Positions 1 through 9,553 of a DNA stretch of 64,000 nt are shown piece after piece; position 1 is the stretch's first letter, and every line of letters starts with the position of its first letter. Source of the DNA: Gemmatimonadaceae bacterium (GTDB taxonomy: Bacteria > Gemmatimonadota > Gemmatimonadetes > Gemmatimonadales > Gemmatimonadaceae); NCBI GenBank assembly GCA_051859245.1, contig JBHYGA010000005.1, positions 352,001 to 416,000 on the forward strand, given 5' to 3'. The notes under the pieces are model-generated. The model made no database searches. It saw only the letters and a list, made by a program, of their open reading frames with translations, and had not been told where the DNA came from. A program made the position numbers and the translations under genes.

Positions 1-1739
1 GGTTCCTGGAGAACTACTGGATCAAGAACAAGAATGCGATCAATCGCGGCAAGTTGGGTCCGATCAAGGGCTGGGTGATTCCCGCATCGCAGCATTCCAA
101 GCAGAACGCGGCCGACGCGGTGAATCAGCTCATGGACCAGGGGCTGGAGTTTCACGTGGCCGATTCGGATGTCACACTCGATTCCGTGTCGGTGAAAAAG
201 GGCGACTGGATTATTCGTGGCGATCAGCCGCTGCGCACGATTGCCGACATGTACTTTGCGGTGCAGAACTATCCCACCACGAATCCGTCGCCGTACGACG
301 ACACCGGCTGGACGTATCCGATGATGCGCAACATCATCGTGAAGGAAGTGAAGAATGAAAAGCTCTTCACTGCGTCCATGACCAAGGCGGCAGGCCATGT
401 CACCGCGGCTGGTGGTGTCTCGGGCACTGGCAACACGATTATTGTCGAGCACACCGGCGACAACAACCTGGTGCGGCTGCGCTACCGTTTGTCGGACGTC
501 GCCATGATGGCCGCTGAAGACTCATTCACAGCCGGCGGTCGCGCATTCGGTCCGGGTGCATTCATCATTCGCAACGCGAACCGCGCCCGCGTGGAACCGC
601 TGTTGCGCGAACTCGGCTTGTCCGCGTTTGCCGTAAGCGCCGCGCCAACGGTGAAGTCGCACGATCTCGATATTCCGCGCATTGGCTACATCCACAGCTG
701 GACGAATACACAGGATGAAGGCTGGGTGCGCGCGGCGTTAGATCACTACAACATTCCGTACACGTACTTCGGCGAAAACGAAGTGCGCAAGATTGCCTCG
801 CTCAAGCAGCGCTTCGATGTGATCCTATGGCCGCACGGCGGCAGCGTGGGTCAGGATGCGCCAACCACCGGCACGCCAATTCCGTACAAGCGCACCGCCG
901 AATATCCTGATCTCGGCTTCCCCGATTCCACGAACGATGTACGCGGTGGATTGGGTACCGATGGGCTTGAGAAGTTGCACGAGTTTGTGCGTGCCGGCGG
1001 CACGCTGATCACCGAAGGCGGTACGTCTGCAATATTCCCAACGTTCAGCCTCACGCCCGGATTGCGCACCACAACGGCGCCGGGACTCGTGAACCGTGGC
1101 ACACTGCTGCGCGGTGTCATTGCCGATATGAAGAGCCCCGTAGTGTACGGCTACAACGTGAATCAGTTGCCGATCTATTTCAGCGGCGGCACGCTGCTCG
1201 ACGCCGGTGCACCCACGATGGCTGAAGCGAAGCCCGTAAGCGACATCGATGTGTTCCGCCCGGGCAGTTCGGCCGCGTTGTCTGGTGCCGCAGCGGGTGG
1301 CGGCGGTATTGGTCCCGCCGCCCGTCGCAACAGCGTGTATCAGAACACCACGCCCATGGCCACGTGGGTTGAACACTCGCGCTGGAATCCCACGCAGCAG
1401 TGGCCCGCAAGCGCCATTGGTTCGGCACCGGGTGCCGCTGCGGGTGGTGCACGTGGTGGGTTTGGTGGCGGCGCTGGTGGTGGTATGATGACGCTCCCCG
1501 GCATGGCACCGCGTGTGATCGTGCAGTTCCCCGCCAGCCCGCGCGACATGCTGCTTTCGGGTGTGCTCGAAGGTGGCGAGCACTTGTCGAACCGTCCTAC
1601 CGTGATCAATCAGCAGCTCGGTGATGGTCACGTGGTCATGTTTACCACGCGTCCCTTCTGGCGCTGGCAGACGCAGGGCACGTTCATGATGGGATTCAAT
1701 GCGATCATGAACTGGAACGACCTCGGCGCCGGCAAGTAA
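1..1739 (+). CDS. M14 family zinc carboxypeptidase-like protein, C-terminal part (5' truncated by window edge)
   Basis: Frame is open from the window start (FLENYWIKNK...). YDDTGWTYP, DEGWVRAALD, GGTLITEG and RPFWRWQT motifs are typical of the C-terminal region of large secreted M14 proteins. The catalytic domain lies outside the window. Confidence 0.7.
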   Translation, partial: FLENYWIKNKNAINRGKLGPIKGWVIPASQHSKQNAADAVNQLMDQGLEFHVADSDVTLDSVSVKKGDWIIRGDQPLRTIADMYFAVQNYPTTNPSPYDDTGWTYPMMRNIIVKEVKNEKLFTASMTKAAGHVTAAGGVSGTGNTIIVEHTGDNNLVRLRYRLSDVAMMAAEDSFTAGGRAFGPGAFIIRNANRARVEPLLRELGLSAFAVSAAPTVKSHDLDIPRIGYIHSWTNTQDEGWVRAALDHYNIPYTYFGENEVRKIASLKQRFDVILWPHGGSVGQDAPTTGTPIPYKRTAEYPDLGFPDSTNDVRGGLGTDGLEKLHEFVRAGGTLITEGGTSAIFPTFSLTPGLRTTTAPGLVNRGTLLRGVIADMKSPVVYGYNVNQLPIYFSGGTLLDAGAPTMAEAKPVSDIDVFRPGSSAALSGAAAGGGGIGPAARRNSVYQNTTPMATWVEHSRWNPTQQWPASAIGSAPGAAAGGARGGFGGGAGGGMMTLPGMAPRVIVQFPASPRDMLLSGVLEGGEHLSNRPTVINQQLGDGHVVMFTTRPFWRWQTQGTFMMGFNAIMNWNDLGAGK

Positions 1740-1769
1740 AGCGCACGCTCGTCGCATTCCGTCACGCGA

Positions 1770-1810
1770 GCGCCCCGGATACCTTGTGTATTCGGGGCGT
1801 TTGTGTGTTC
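1770..1810 (+). terminator. Rho-independent terminator
   Basis: GCGCCCCGGATAC-loop-GTATTCGGGGCGT stem followed by TTGTGTGTT, 30 nt after the stop codon. Confidence 0.7.
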
Positions 1811-1826
1811 ACGATTCTCTCGCACC

Positions 1827-2288
1827 ATGACTGCAACAATTTTTCAGCTGTCGCGATCAAACGGCGGGGTGCCGAAACTTGCCGTACCCGAAGTCATGAT
1901 TCGTACGGCCGGACTCGAAGGTGACTGGCAGTTGAATCGTGTGCACCACGGTGGTCCGGATCGCGCCGTGTGCCTGTTCCCCATTGAGACGATTCAGACG
2001 CTGCAGGCCGAAGGGCATCCGATTGTGCCTGGCAGCGTGGGTGAGAACATCACGACCGTTGGTTTGCACTGGGAACTCGTCGTGCCGGGCACACAGCTGC
2101 TGCTCGGCGATCGCGTGCTGCTCGAGATTGTGAGCTTCACCGTGCCGTGTCGTACCATTCAGCGTGCATTTGCCGACGGAAAGTTCGGTCGCATCTCGCA
2201 AAAAACGCACCCTGGCTCATCGCGGGTGTACGCGCGCGTGCTGGCCGAGGGTGTCGTTCGTGTTGGTGATCCAGTCGTGCTGGTGTGA
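1827..2288 (+). CDS. MOSC domain protein (YiiM-like)
   Basis: GGVPK, HHGGPDRAVC, GENITT, PCRTI and VLAEGVVRVGD motifs. Confidence 0.9.
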   Translation: MTATIFQLSRSNGGVPKLAVPEVMIRTAGLEGDWQLNRVHHGGPDRAVCLFPIETIQTLQAEGHPIVPGSVGENITTVGLHWELVVPGTQLLLGDRVLLEIVSFTVPCRTIQRAFADGKFGRISQKTHPGSSRVYARVLAEGVVRVGDPVVLV

Positions 2289-2318
2289 ACATCATGCTTC
2301 TGCCAAACGAGATCCACT

Positions 2319-3134
2319 GTGAGTGACGACAACGAATACGTACTGGGCACGCACGACGACGAGTTACGCCGGCTCGGCTTTCAGCACCAGGTGTGGGCTG
2401 AGCAAACGGCCAGGCTGTGGGAGGCGGCACGCTTCGCACCTGGTGATCGTCTGCTTGATCTGGGAAGTGGACCGGGCTACGCCACGGTAGACTTGGCCCA
2501 GCGTGTTGGGCGCGATGGGTCGGTAGTCGCCATCGATATGTCACGACGCTTTCTCGGCGCACTGGAAGCGCTGGTCGCGGCTCGTGGATTGCACAACGTG
2601 CGGTGGCAGGAGAATGACGCGGCGACACTCGATATACCTGATGCGACCATCAATGGCGTGTTTGCACGATGGCTGTTGTGCTTCACGCCGGATCCTGGCG
2701 CGGTTGTGAAAGAAGTCGCGCGCGTACTGGCTCCCGGCGGGCGGTTTGCCGTACTCGACTATGCCAACTACGAAGCATTGTCGATGGCACCGGCGAGTGA
2801 TGTGATCGACCGAGTGCTGCACGCGACGGGTGAATCGGTACGGGTTCGCGGTGGCACGTTTGCCGTAGGACGTATGCTGCCGCGCTACATGCATGACGCC
2901 GGGCTCGAGGTGGAATATCTTGAGCCGGTTGTTCGCATTGCGCGGCCTGGGAGTGCGTTGTGGTCGTGGCCCGAAAGTTTTTTCGCCAACTACTTGAGCA
3001 CGCTCGTGCAGATGTCACTCATCTCAACACAAGATGCGGCTGATTTTCAATCGGTCTGGAAGGCGCGCAGTGCCGATCCCGCGGCGTATCTGATTACACC
3101 GACAATGGTGTCGGTGGTTGGCGTCAAGCGGTAG
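2319..3134 (+). CDS. Class I SAM-dependent methyltransferase
   Basis: LLDLGSGPG motif I, AIDMS, RVLAPGGRF. Confidence 0.9.
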   Translation: MSDDNEYVLGTHDDELRRLGFQHQVWAEQTARLWEAARFAPGDRLLDLGSGPGYATVDLAQRVGRDGSVVAIDMSRRFLGALEALVAARGLHNVRWQENDAATLDIPDATINGVFARWLLCFTPDPGAVVKEVARVLAPGGRFAVLDYANYEALSMAPASDVIDRVLHATGESVRVRGGTFAVGRMLPRYMHDAGLEVEYLEPVVRIARPGSALWSWPESFFANYLSTLVQMSLISTQDAADFQSVWKARSADPAAYLITPTMVSVVGVKR

Positions 3135-3145
3135 GGGATCGTTTC

Positions 3146-4129
3146 GTGGTGAAGCGAGTGCGCGCGCAACAGGCGGATCTGTTCGGTGAGCCAGACACTG
3201 CGCGCATTGCGCCGGCTGTTGTGGAAGCGGAGCTGGTGTCGCTCGCGTCGCGTCTTCCGTCGCTGTTGCGGCTCGGTACATCGAGCTGGGCGTTTCCAGG
3301 ATGGCGCGGTCTGGTGTATGCTACGCGAGAAACCGCGACGCGGCTCTCGCGCGATGGTCTGCATGCGTACGCACAACATCCGCTACTGCGCGCGGTTGGC
3401 CTGGATCGCACCTTCTACGCGCCGATCGCTGCGTCGGAGTTCGCGGAGTACGCGAACGATGTCCCAACCGAGTTTCGCTTTCTCGTGAAGGCGCACGCGG
3501 CCGTCACCACCACGGATCGTCAGCGCGCGATCGGTGAGATCACGGATACACCCGTGTTTCTCGACAGTACGTACGCGACCGAGCGCGTGATTTTACCCGC
3601 CGTGGAAGGACTTGGCGAGAAGCTTGGCGTGCTGTTGTTTCAGTTTCCACCGCTGGCGCTCCCGCCCAAACGTGCCGCAGCATTTGCCGAACAGCTGCAT
3701 CGTTTCCTGAGCGCGCTTCCGCGTAATGTACCGTACGCGGTGGAGATTCGAGACAGCTCGCAGCTTACGCACGACTACGCACAGGCGTTGCACGATGGCG
3801 GCGCCACACACTGCTACACAGCGCATCCGCGCATGCCGAGTGTGTTGGAGCAGTGGCAGGTGCTCGGTGATGCTGTGCGAACAGCGGGGCCGGTGGCGGT
3901 GCGTTGGATGTTGCGCACGGACCAGCAGTACGAAACAGCGCGGGAAGAATACGCGCCTTTTGATCAACTCGTCGCGCCTGACATTACACGTCGCGCCGAG
4001 GTCGCGGAGCTGCTACAAACGCTATTCGCGGAGCGAAAGCAGACAATCGTGATTGCCAACAACAAAGCCGAGGGATCAGCGCCGCGCACACTCACCGAGC
4101 TGGCGCGACTGATCGCGACCGAGCAATAA
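3146..4129 (+). CDS. DUF72 domain protein
   Basis: RLGTSSW, DRTFY, FLVKA, LFQFPP, YAVEIR and NNKAEG motifs. Confidence 0.9.
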   Translation: MVKRVRAQQADLFGEPDTARIAPAVVEAELVSLASRLPSLLRLGTSSWAFPGWRGLVYATRETATRLSRDGLHAYAQHPLLRAVGLDRTFYAPIAASEFAEYANDVPTEFRFLVKAHAAVTTTDRQRAIGEITDTPVFLDSTYATERVILPAVEGLGEKLGVLLFQFPPLALPPKRAAAFAEQLHRFLSALPRNVPYAVEIRDSSQLTHDYAQALHDGGATHCYTAHPRMPSVLEQWQVLGDAVRTAGPVAVRWMLRTDQQYETAREEYAPFDQLVAPDITRRAEVAELLQTLFAERKQTIVIANNKAEGSAPRTLTELARLIATEQ

Positions 4130-4174
4130 GGTGAAATCCTGCGCTGAGCGGCGCTGAACGCCCTCGGTGATCTG

Positions 4175-4840
4175 CTATCGCCGATTATTGGCCAAAAGCA
4201 CCGGCGCCATCAAGATGAAATTCGGCGTGGCGGCAATCGTCTGTACCGACGTACCAACCTGCAGCACAAGATCAACTTCACTGGCGTCGTCTGCGACGAC
4301 CACAAAGCTGGCCGTGGGAATCTTGATTTTGGTGGCGTCGGCTCCTGGAATGCGAAGCGGATGCGCCGTACCGGCGGCCCACGTCCGCTGCCCCACGTCG
4401 ACGGCTTGCGTAAACGAAATGGTGGCGTCCGTCACGTGCAGTCGAAGATTCTTGTACGTACCAGCCGGCAGGTCGCCAACCGGAAGTGTGAGCGCGTTGT
4501 CGACCGACGTTGGCAAATCCATCAGGTCCAGCGACACGGACGGAGCAATCGGAAAGCGCACCCACGCAGATTCGTCGTTCTCATCGCCGTTTACACGCAG
4601 CGCGGAGATTTCAATCAACGACACGCGAATCTCGTCGATGTTGCTGCGATCAACACTGCCTTGCGCCACTTGAATATTGGGTGAGACGCTCGCTGCAGCA
4701 GCGGACTGACTCAGGCGAAGTTGCAGCGTGCCGGTGTCACCTTCGCCAGGTGACACACCGTCATCGCCGCATGCAATCAAGGAAGTCGCCAGCAACAGCG
4801 TGGCGAGCGGACGCACAAAAGAAGGCCGGGCAACGGTCAT
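4175..4840 (-). CDS. DUF4382-like lipoprotein
   Basis: Lipobox LIAC, DLMDL...LPAGTY.NLRL pattern. Confidence 0.7.
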   Translation of the reverse strand: MTVARPSFVRPLATLLLATSLIACGDDGVSPGEGDTGTLQLRLSQSAAAASVSPNIQVAQGSVDRSNIDEIRVSLIEISALRVNGDENDESAWVRFPIAPSVSLDLMDLPTSVDNALTLPVGDLPAGTYKNLRLHVTDATISFTQAVDVGQRTWAAGTAHPLRIPGADATKIKIPTASFVVVADDASEVDLVLQVGTSVQTIAATPNFILMAPVLLANNRR

Positions 4841-4962
4841 AGAATCTCCAGAAGATTGGTGAACTGCATCAATCTGCCAGAAACATGACGCGTCTGCAGT
4901 GACGCACGTATCACAGCCGCAGCATTATCTGTACGTTCCGTGACGCCACACACACATCCGAA

Positions 4963-5385
4963 CTAGAGTTTGTGCGTTGAGAGCAGCAAGCTGGTTTCCG
5001 AGTTGCCAACGCCTTTGATCGTGCGAATGCTTCGCAGCGCGGCGTCGAATGTTTCCAGACTATCCGTTCCCAGTTCTGCCACAATGTCCCAGCGACCGTT
5101 TGTGGTGTGCAGCGCGCGCACTTCAGGGTAGCCACGCAGCGCGGAAATAATCGCGTCAGAACGGTCGCCTTCAACACTGATCATCATCACGGCGCGCACG
5201 CGCTGCGGCTCCGCTTCCGGCGTGGTGCGCACCGTGAAGCCAAGCAACACGCGCTGCTCGAGCAACCGGTCGATTCGGTTTTGCACCGTACCTCGCGACA
5301 CGCCGAGCTGGTCGGCGAGCCGAGATACCGGGAAGCGCGCGTTCTCGCGGAGAAGCGCAATCAGTCTGAGGTCGGTGCTATCCAT
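4963..5385 (-). CDS. Lrp/AsnC family transcriptional regulator
   Basis: MDSTDLRLIALLRENAR HTH, TTNGRWD ligand domain; divergent from rocD. Confidence 0.95.
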   Translation of the reverse strand: MDSTDLRLIALLRENARFPVSRLADQLGVSRGTVQNRIDRLLEQRVLLGFTVRTTPEAEPQRVRAVMMISVEGDRSDAIISALRGYPEVRALHTTNGRWDIVAELGTDSLETFDAALRSIRTIKGVGNSETSLLLSTHKL

Positions 5386-5394
5386 ATCCAGTGT

Positions 5395-5460
5395 TGGCAA
5401 AATGTCATCAAGTACTGACATAATGTACAAACAATAGCAACATTATGCTAATTTATGCAG
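5395..5460. promoter_or_regulatory. Phased CA-WWW-TG boxes, putative Lrp-family operator array
   Basis: AT-rich island with CAAAATG (5398), CATAATG (5419) and CATTATG (5441), spaced 21 and 22 bp. Confidence 0.55.
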
Positions 5461-5560
5461 CTTGTTGCTGGCAGTGGATCTGTGGCATTCTCTAGGGGTC
5501 TGGATGTTATGCCGTGAGCGACACGGCGTCGTCGTCCTGTTCCTGTATCTGGAGCCTAGT

Positions 5561-6775
5561 ATGTCGACTCTCCTGGCCGAGCACACCAGTGAAGAACTGA
5601 TTGCCCTCGAAGCCGAGTGGGGCGCGCGCAACTACCGTCCGCTCGATCTGGTCATCGCCCGCGGCGACGGCGCGTGGGTGATGGACGTGGAGGGGCGCAG
5701 CTATCTCGATTGTTTGAGCGCCTATTCCGCGGTGAACCAAGGGCATTGCCACCCGCGATTGCTCGCCACGCTCACGGAGCAGGCGGCGCGTGTGACGCTT
5801 ACGTCGCGAGCGTTTCGCAATGAGCAGTTGCCGCTATTCTGTGAGGAACTCGCGCTGCTGTGCGGCATGGAGATGGTGCTGCCCATGAACACCGGTGCGG
5901 AGGCAGTGGAAACGGCGATCAAAGCGGCGCGTCGTTGGGGTTACACCGTCAAATCCATTCCGGCAGACGCCGCGCAGATCATTGTCTTCGACGGCAACTT
6001 TCACGGACGGACAACCACCATTGTTGGCTTTTCGTCTGACGCGGCGTACCGCGACGGGTTCGGTCCATTTGCCCCGGGCTTCGTACGTGTGCCGTTCGGC
6101 GACATCGACGCTGTGCGCGCTGCCGTGAACGCGAACACCTGCGCTGTATTGTTCGAGCCGATTCAATGTGAGGCGGGTGTGATCATGCCACCCGACGGTT
6201 TTCTGCGCGACTTGTCCGCGCTGTGCGCGGAGCAGAATGTGCTGCTGATTGCCGACGAGATTCAAACCGGACTCGGGCGCACCGGACGTTTGTTCGCGTG
6301 TGATCATGAAGACGTCACGCCCGATATGTACGTGCTCGGCAAGGCGCTGTCCGGCGGCTTCTATCCGGTCTCGGCCGTGGTCTCAAGCCGCGAAGTGCTG
6401 GGCGTGTTCGGACCGGGAACGCACGGCAGTACGTTTGGCGGCAATCCGCTGGGGTGCGCGGTGGCGCGAACGGCGATGCAGGTCATGCACGACGAAGGCC
6501 TCGTTGAGCGCTCCGCCGACCTTGGCGCGTGGTTGCTTGAGGAGCTGCGCACGTTGCAGCATCCACACATTGAGGCCGTGCGAGGTCGCGGACTCATTCT
6601 GGCCATCGAGTTGAACGTGCCGGCGCGTGCCTACTGTGAAGCGCTGATGAAGCGCGGCGTATTGTGCAAGGAAACGCACGACACGGTGATTCGCCTGGCG
6701 CCTCCGCTGGTGGTTCGGAAAGAGGATCTGGCCTGGGCGGTGGAGCAGTTGCGGGCGGTGTTCAGCCACGCGTGA
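5561..6775 (+). CDS. rocD: Ornithine--oxo-acid aminotransferase
   Basis: LSAYSAVNQGHCHP, FHGRT, DEIQTGLGRTG, GKALSGG, HGSTFGGNP; GGAG RBS before ATG 5561. Confidence 0.95.
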   Translation: MSTLLAEHTSEELIALEAEWGARNYRPLDLVIARGDGAWVMDVEGRSYLDCLSAYSAVNQGHCHPRLLATLTEQAARVTLTSRAFRNEQLPLFCEELALLCGMEMVLPMNTGAEAVETAIKAARRWGYTVKSIPADAAQIIVFDGNFHGRTTTIVGFSSDAAYRDGFGPFAPGFVRVPFGDIDAVRAAVNANTCAVLFEPIQCEAGVIMPPDGFLRDLSALCAEQNVLLIADEIQTGLGRTGRLFACDHEDVTPDMYVLGKALSGGFYPVSAVVSSREVLGVFGPGTHGSTFGGNPLGCAVARTAMQVMHDEGLVERSADLGAWLLEELRTLQHPHIEAVRGRGLILAIELNVPARAYCEALMKRGVLCKETHDTVIRLAPPLVVRKEDLAWAVEQLRAVFSHA

Positions 6776-6925
6776 GCGCTTGCGGTGTGCCCCGTATTTG
6801 TGCGGCTGGAAGCCGTGGCGCGTAGCCGATAACTTTGCTGCATACGCCAGAGCGTCATGGCGTGTCGCGCGGTCTCCCGTTTCGGGTTGACGGCTTTGCA
6901 TCTCGTCTTTTGTCCAATACGGATT

Positions 6926-7312
6926 ATGACTCGTCTTCGCCAGATGTTTACCGCGGCCACTGCCGTTGTTGTGCTTTCTGCGACCGTGGCTGCTGCTCAG
7001 CAAGCGCTGCACGATCTGACGGGCAAGTGGGCGTTTGCCGTGGTTACGGAAAACGGTACGGGTACACCGGCCGTGGTGCTCAAGCAGGACGGTGAAAAAC
7101 TCACCGGCACCTACGAATCGCGCATGATGGGTTCGCGCGCTTTTAACGGCACGATCAAGGGAGACTCTGTGACGCTCACGCTCGAAGCCAACGGCGCCGA
7201 TGGTGTGGCCCTGGTGTTTCGCGGCGTGGTGGTCGATAAAGACAATCTCAAGGGCAACGTTGACTTTGGCGGCATGGGTAGCGCCACCTTCACCGGAAAG
7301 CGCGAGCAGTAA
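6926..7312 (+). CDS. Secreted hypothetical beta-rich protein
   Basis: Signal peptide (VAAA-Q), DLTGKW...LKQDGEKLTG...FTGKR pattern. Confidence 0.7.
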   Translation: MTRLRQMFTAATAVVVLSATVAAAQQALHDLTGKWAFAVVTENGTGTPAVVLKQDGEKLTGTYESRMMGSRAFNGTIKGDSVTLTLEANGADGVALVFRGVVVDKDNLKGNVDFGGMGSATFTGKREQ

Positions 7313-7346
7313 GCGCGTACCGCAATCGCGCACCACGCCTCTTACA

Positions 7347-7592
7347 ATGCCCACGTTTGACTTCACCTGTCGTGCGTGCGCGCATGGCTTTGAACTCTTC
7401 CTGCGAAGTAGCGACGTTCCGCAGTGTCCGGCGTGTTTATCAGCCGACGTGGAAAAGCGCTTCTCGGTTCCGCTGCTGAAGACATCAGGCACGCACGATC
7501 GCGCGATGCAAGCCGCGAAGCGGCGCGACAAGGTGCAGGGCACCGAACGCATGGTCGAGCAGGCGAAATACGAAGCCAGTCACGACGATTAA
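7347..7592 (+). CDS. FmdB family zinc-ribbon protein
   Basis: MPTFDFTCRACAHGFE...CPAC.S. Confidence 0.9.
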   Translation: MPTFDFTCRACAHGFELFLRSSDVPQCPACLSADVEKRFSVPLLKTSGTHDRAMQAAKRRDKVQGTERMVEQAKYEASHDD

Positions 7593-7640
7593 AAAAGCGG
7601 CGCGTACACAGGATCGTGTACGCGCCGCCTTTTGTTTTAT
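7591..7640. terminator. Bidirectional Rho-independent terminator
   Basis: A6-GCGGCGCGTACAC-loop-GTGTACGCGCCGC-CTTTTGTTTT between convergent genes. Confidence 0.9.
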
Positions 7641-7647
7641 TCCCGTG

Positions 7648-9543
7648 TCAGCACGAAAGACACTTGAGACTGTTCTTTGAGCCGAGCTTCATGAGTAACG
7701 CGACCGTTTCAAGAAACGGCGGAACGCGTTGTACGGGTCCGTTGGCCATGTCGGCGGTAGTTTGCCCACGACGGCTCAGCAGCGTAACGTCTGCGCCCTT
7801 GCTCACCAGATATTCAATGAGTGCGTTGTCACCACGCGCCGCTGCATGATGAACGGCCGAGTAGCCGTTCATATCGCGCATGTTCACATCAACGCCGAGC
7901 TCCTCAACGAGGTACTTCACCGCCGGAATCCACTCGCCTGGCGCGTGCCGGTGTGAGTTGGCCGCGAACCCCTCGCCGTAGCCTACACCCGAGGCCGCGT
8001 GCAGCGGAAACACGCCAGGTCCGCCTACAGGCACCGGTGGCAAGCCCGATGGATCCACACGCGGTCCCGCGTCGTCAGCGGGCGCGTCTTCTGTGCGAAT
8101 GCGCCCAGAGGGCTTGAGCGTGGGCAACGTGTGGTCGGCACCGTACTGCTTGAGCAGACGCATGGCGGGCACATCGAGACCGTACGCTGCGCGCCAGAAC
8201 GGCGTTGCGCCAATGGTATTGACGCCCAGCAGATCAAAGTTGTACGACATGAACCACAGATGTTTGGTCAGTCGTGCGTTCACATCAGCACCGGCGTCGA
8301 GCAGGGCTTTCATGAGCTCGAGATGCGTGGTGTGCTGCTGCGCCTGTGCGGTGGGCTGCGGATACAGTGACTTGGCAGCCCACTGAATATTGATCGTCGC
8401 GTAGAGCGGCGTGGTCCCCGCGCTCGATGCGAGCTTCGGATCTGCGCCGCGGCTCAACAACACCTTGGCAAGATCGAAGCGACCATTAATGGTGGCCATC
8501 AGCAGCGGACTTGTTTTGTCTCCGCCGCTGACGTGATTGATATTCGCGCCCGCTTCGAGCAAGGCCATCACGGAACGCTCGTGTCCGTCGCGCACCGCAA
8601 AGAGCAACGGGGTGAGACCCCCTTTGCCGCCAATCAGCTCACCGTACGACAGCGCACGTCCTTCGGCCGCTGTTGCCGCGCGCGACGCAGAGTCGCCGCT
8701 GCTGGGCGCACTCGTGCTGCGTGCGGCGTTGCCGCTCGCAGCCGGTCGATCGGACTGTTCACCACTGCGTGCAGCCGGTCGCGCATTTGGCTCGGCGGCG
8801 CGCGCTGCTGGCGGTGTCGCGCGGGACGCTGGCGCCGGTGGATTGTTCACGGCCTTGAGTGCCGCCACACGGCGCGAGCGCAGTGTCAGTGCGGCGCGAT
8901 CCGTACGTTCACGCTCGGCCATATCCTCGACCTTGGAACTGGCCTCGATATCAGCGCCGGCAGCGAGCAGCACGCGAATCGCGGCGACACGATCATACGC
9001 AGCCGCCCACATCAACGGCGTCTGTTCATAGGCGGCGTCAAGCGCGTCAACCTTGGCGCCCGCCGACACCAGGTGCGTGACCGTCATGGAATCACCGTGG
9101 CCCGCCGCGAAGTGCAGCGCCGAGGCGCCGCCACTCGTAGTCACCGCCGAGTGATCCGCGCCGCGCTCGATCAACACCTTGACGGCATCAGCGCGCCCCG
9201 CGCGAGCGGCCAGGTGCAGTGGTGTGTAGTTGCCATTGCGTGTGACGGCCCCAACACGCGCACCGGCAAACGTGAGCATCTGCACGGACTGCGCATCGCC
9301 ACGCGACGCCGCCCAATGCAGCGCGGTCATGCCGTCGGCGTGGGCTGCGTTCACATCGAGCCCTTCGCGCAACAACGAACGAATCCGTGCACTGTCGCCA
9401 ACCATCGCTGCATCCGCGATTGGCGAGTCGCTGTATCGCGCGGCGGCAACTGGTTCCGTATACGGCGTGGCCGCGGTGAGCAGCACCGCGACGAATGCGG
9501 TGCAGGCCACTTTTGTGATGCTCCACGCACGTGAGGTAATCAC
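7648..9543 (-). CDS. Exported ankyrin-repeat protein ending in CxxC
   Basis: Multiple G.TALH.AA/TPL repeats, hydrophobic N-terminus, C-terminal KCLSC; GAGGT upstream of GTG 9543 (start uncertain). Confidence 0.85.
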   Translation of the reverse strand: MITSRAWSITKVACTAFVAVLLTAATPYTEPVAAARYSDSPIADAAMVGDSARIRSLLREGLDVNAAHADGMTALHWAASRGDAQSVQMLTFAGARVGAVTRNGNYTPLHLAARAGRADAVKVLIERGADHSAVTTSGGASALHFAAGHGDSMTVTHLVSAGAKVDALDAAYEQTPLMWAAAYDRVAAIRVLLAAGADIEASSKVEDMAERERTDRAALTLRSRRVAALKAVNNPPAPASRATPPAARAAEPNARPAARSGEQSDRPAASGNAARSTSAPSSGDSASRAATAAEGRALSYGELIGGKGGLTPLLFAVRDGHERSVMALLEAGANINHVSGGDKTSPLLMATINGRFDLAKVLLSRGADPKLASSAGTTPLYATINIQWAAKSLYPQPTAQAQQHTTHLELMKALLDAGADVNARLTKHLWFMSYNFDLLGVNTIGATPFWRAAYGLDVPAMRLLKQYGADHTLPTLKPSGRIRTEDAPADDAGPRVDPSGLPPVPVGGPGVFPLHAASGVGYGEGFAANSHRHAPGEWIPAVKYLVEELGVDVNMRDMNGYSAVHHAAARGDNALIEYLVSKGADVTLLSRRGQTTADMANGPVQRVPPFLETVALLMKLGSKNSLKCLSC

Positions 9544-9553
9544 TGGCGGCACC

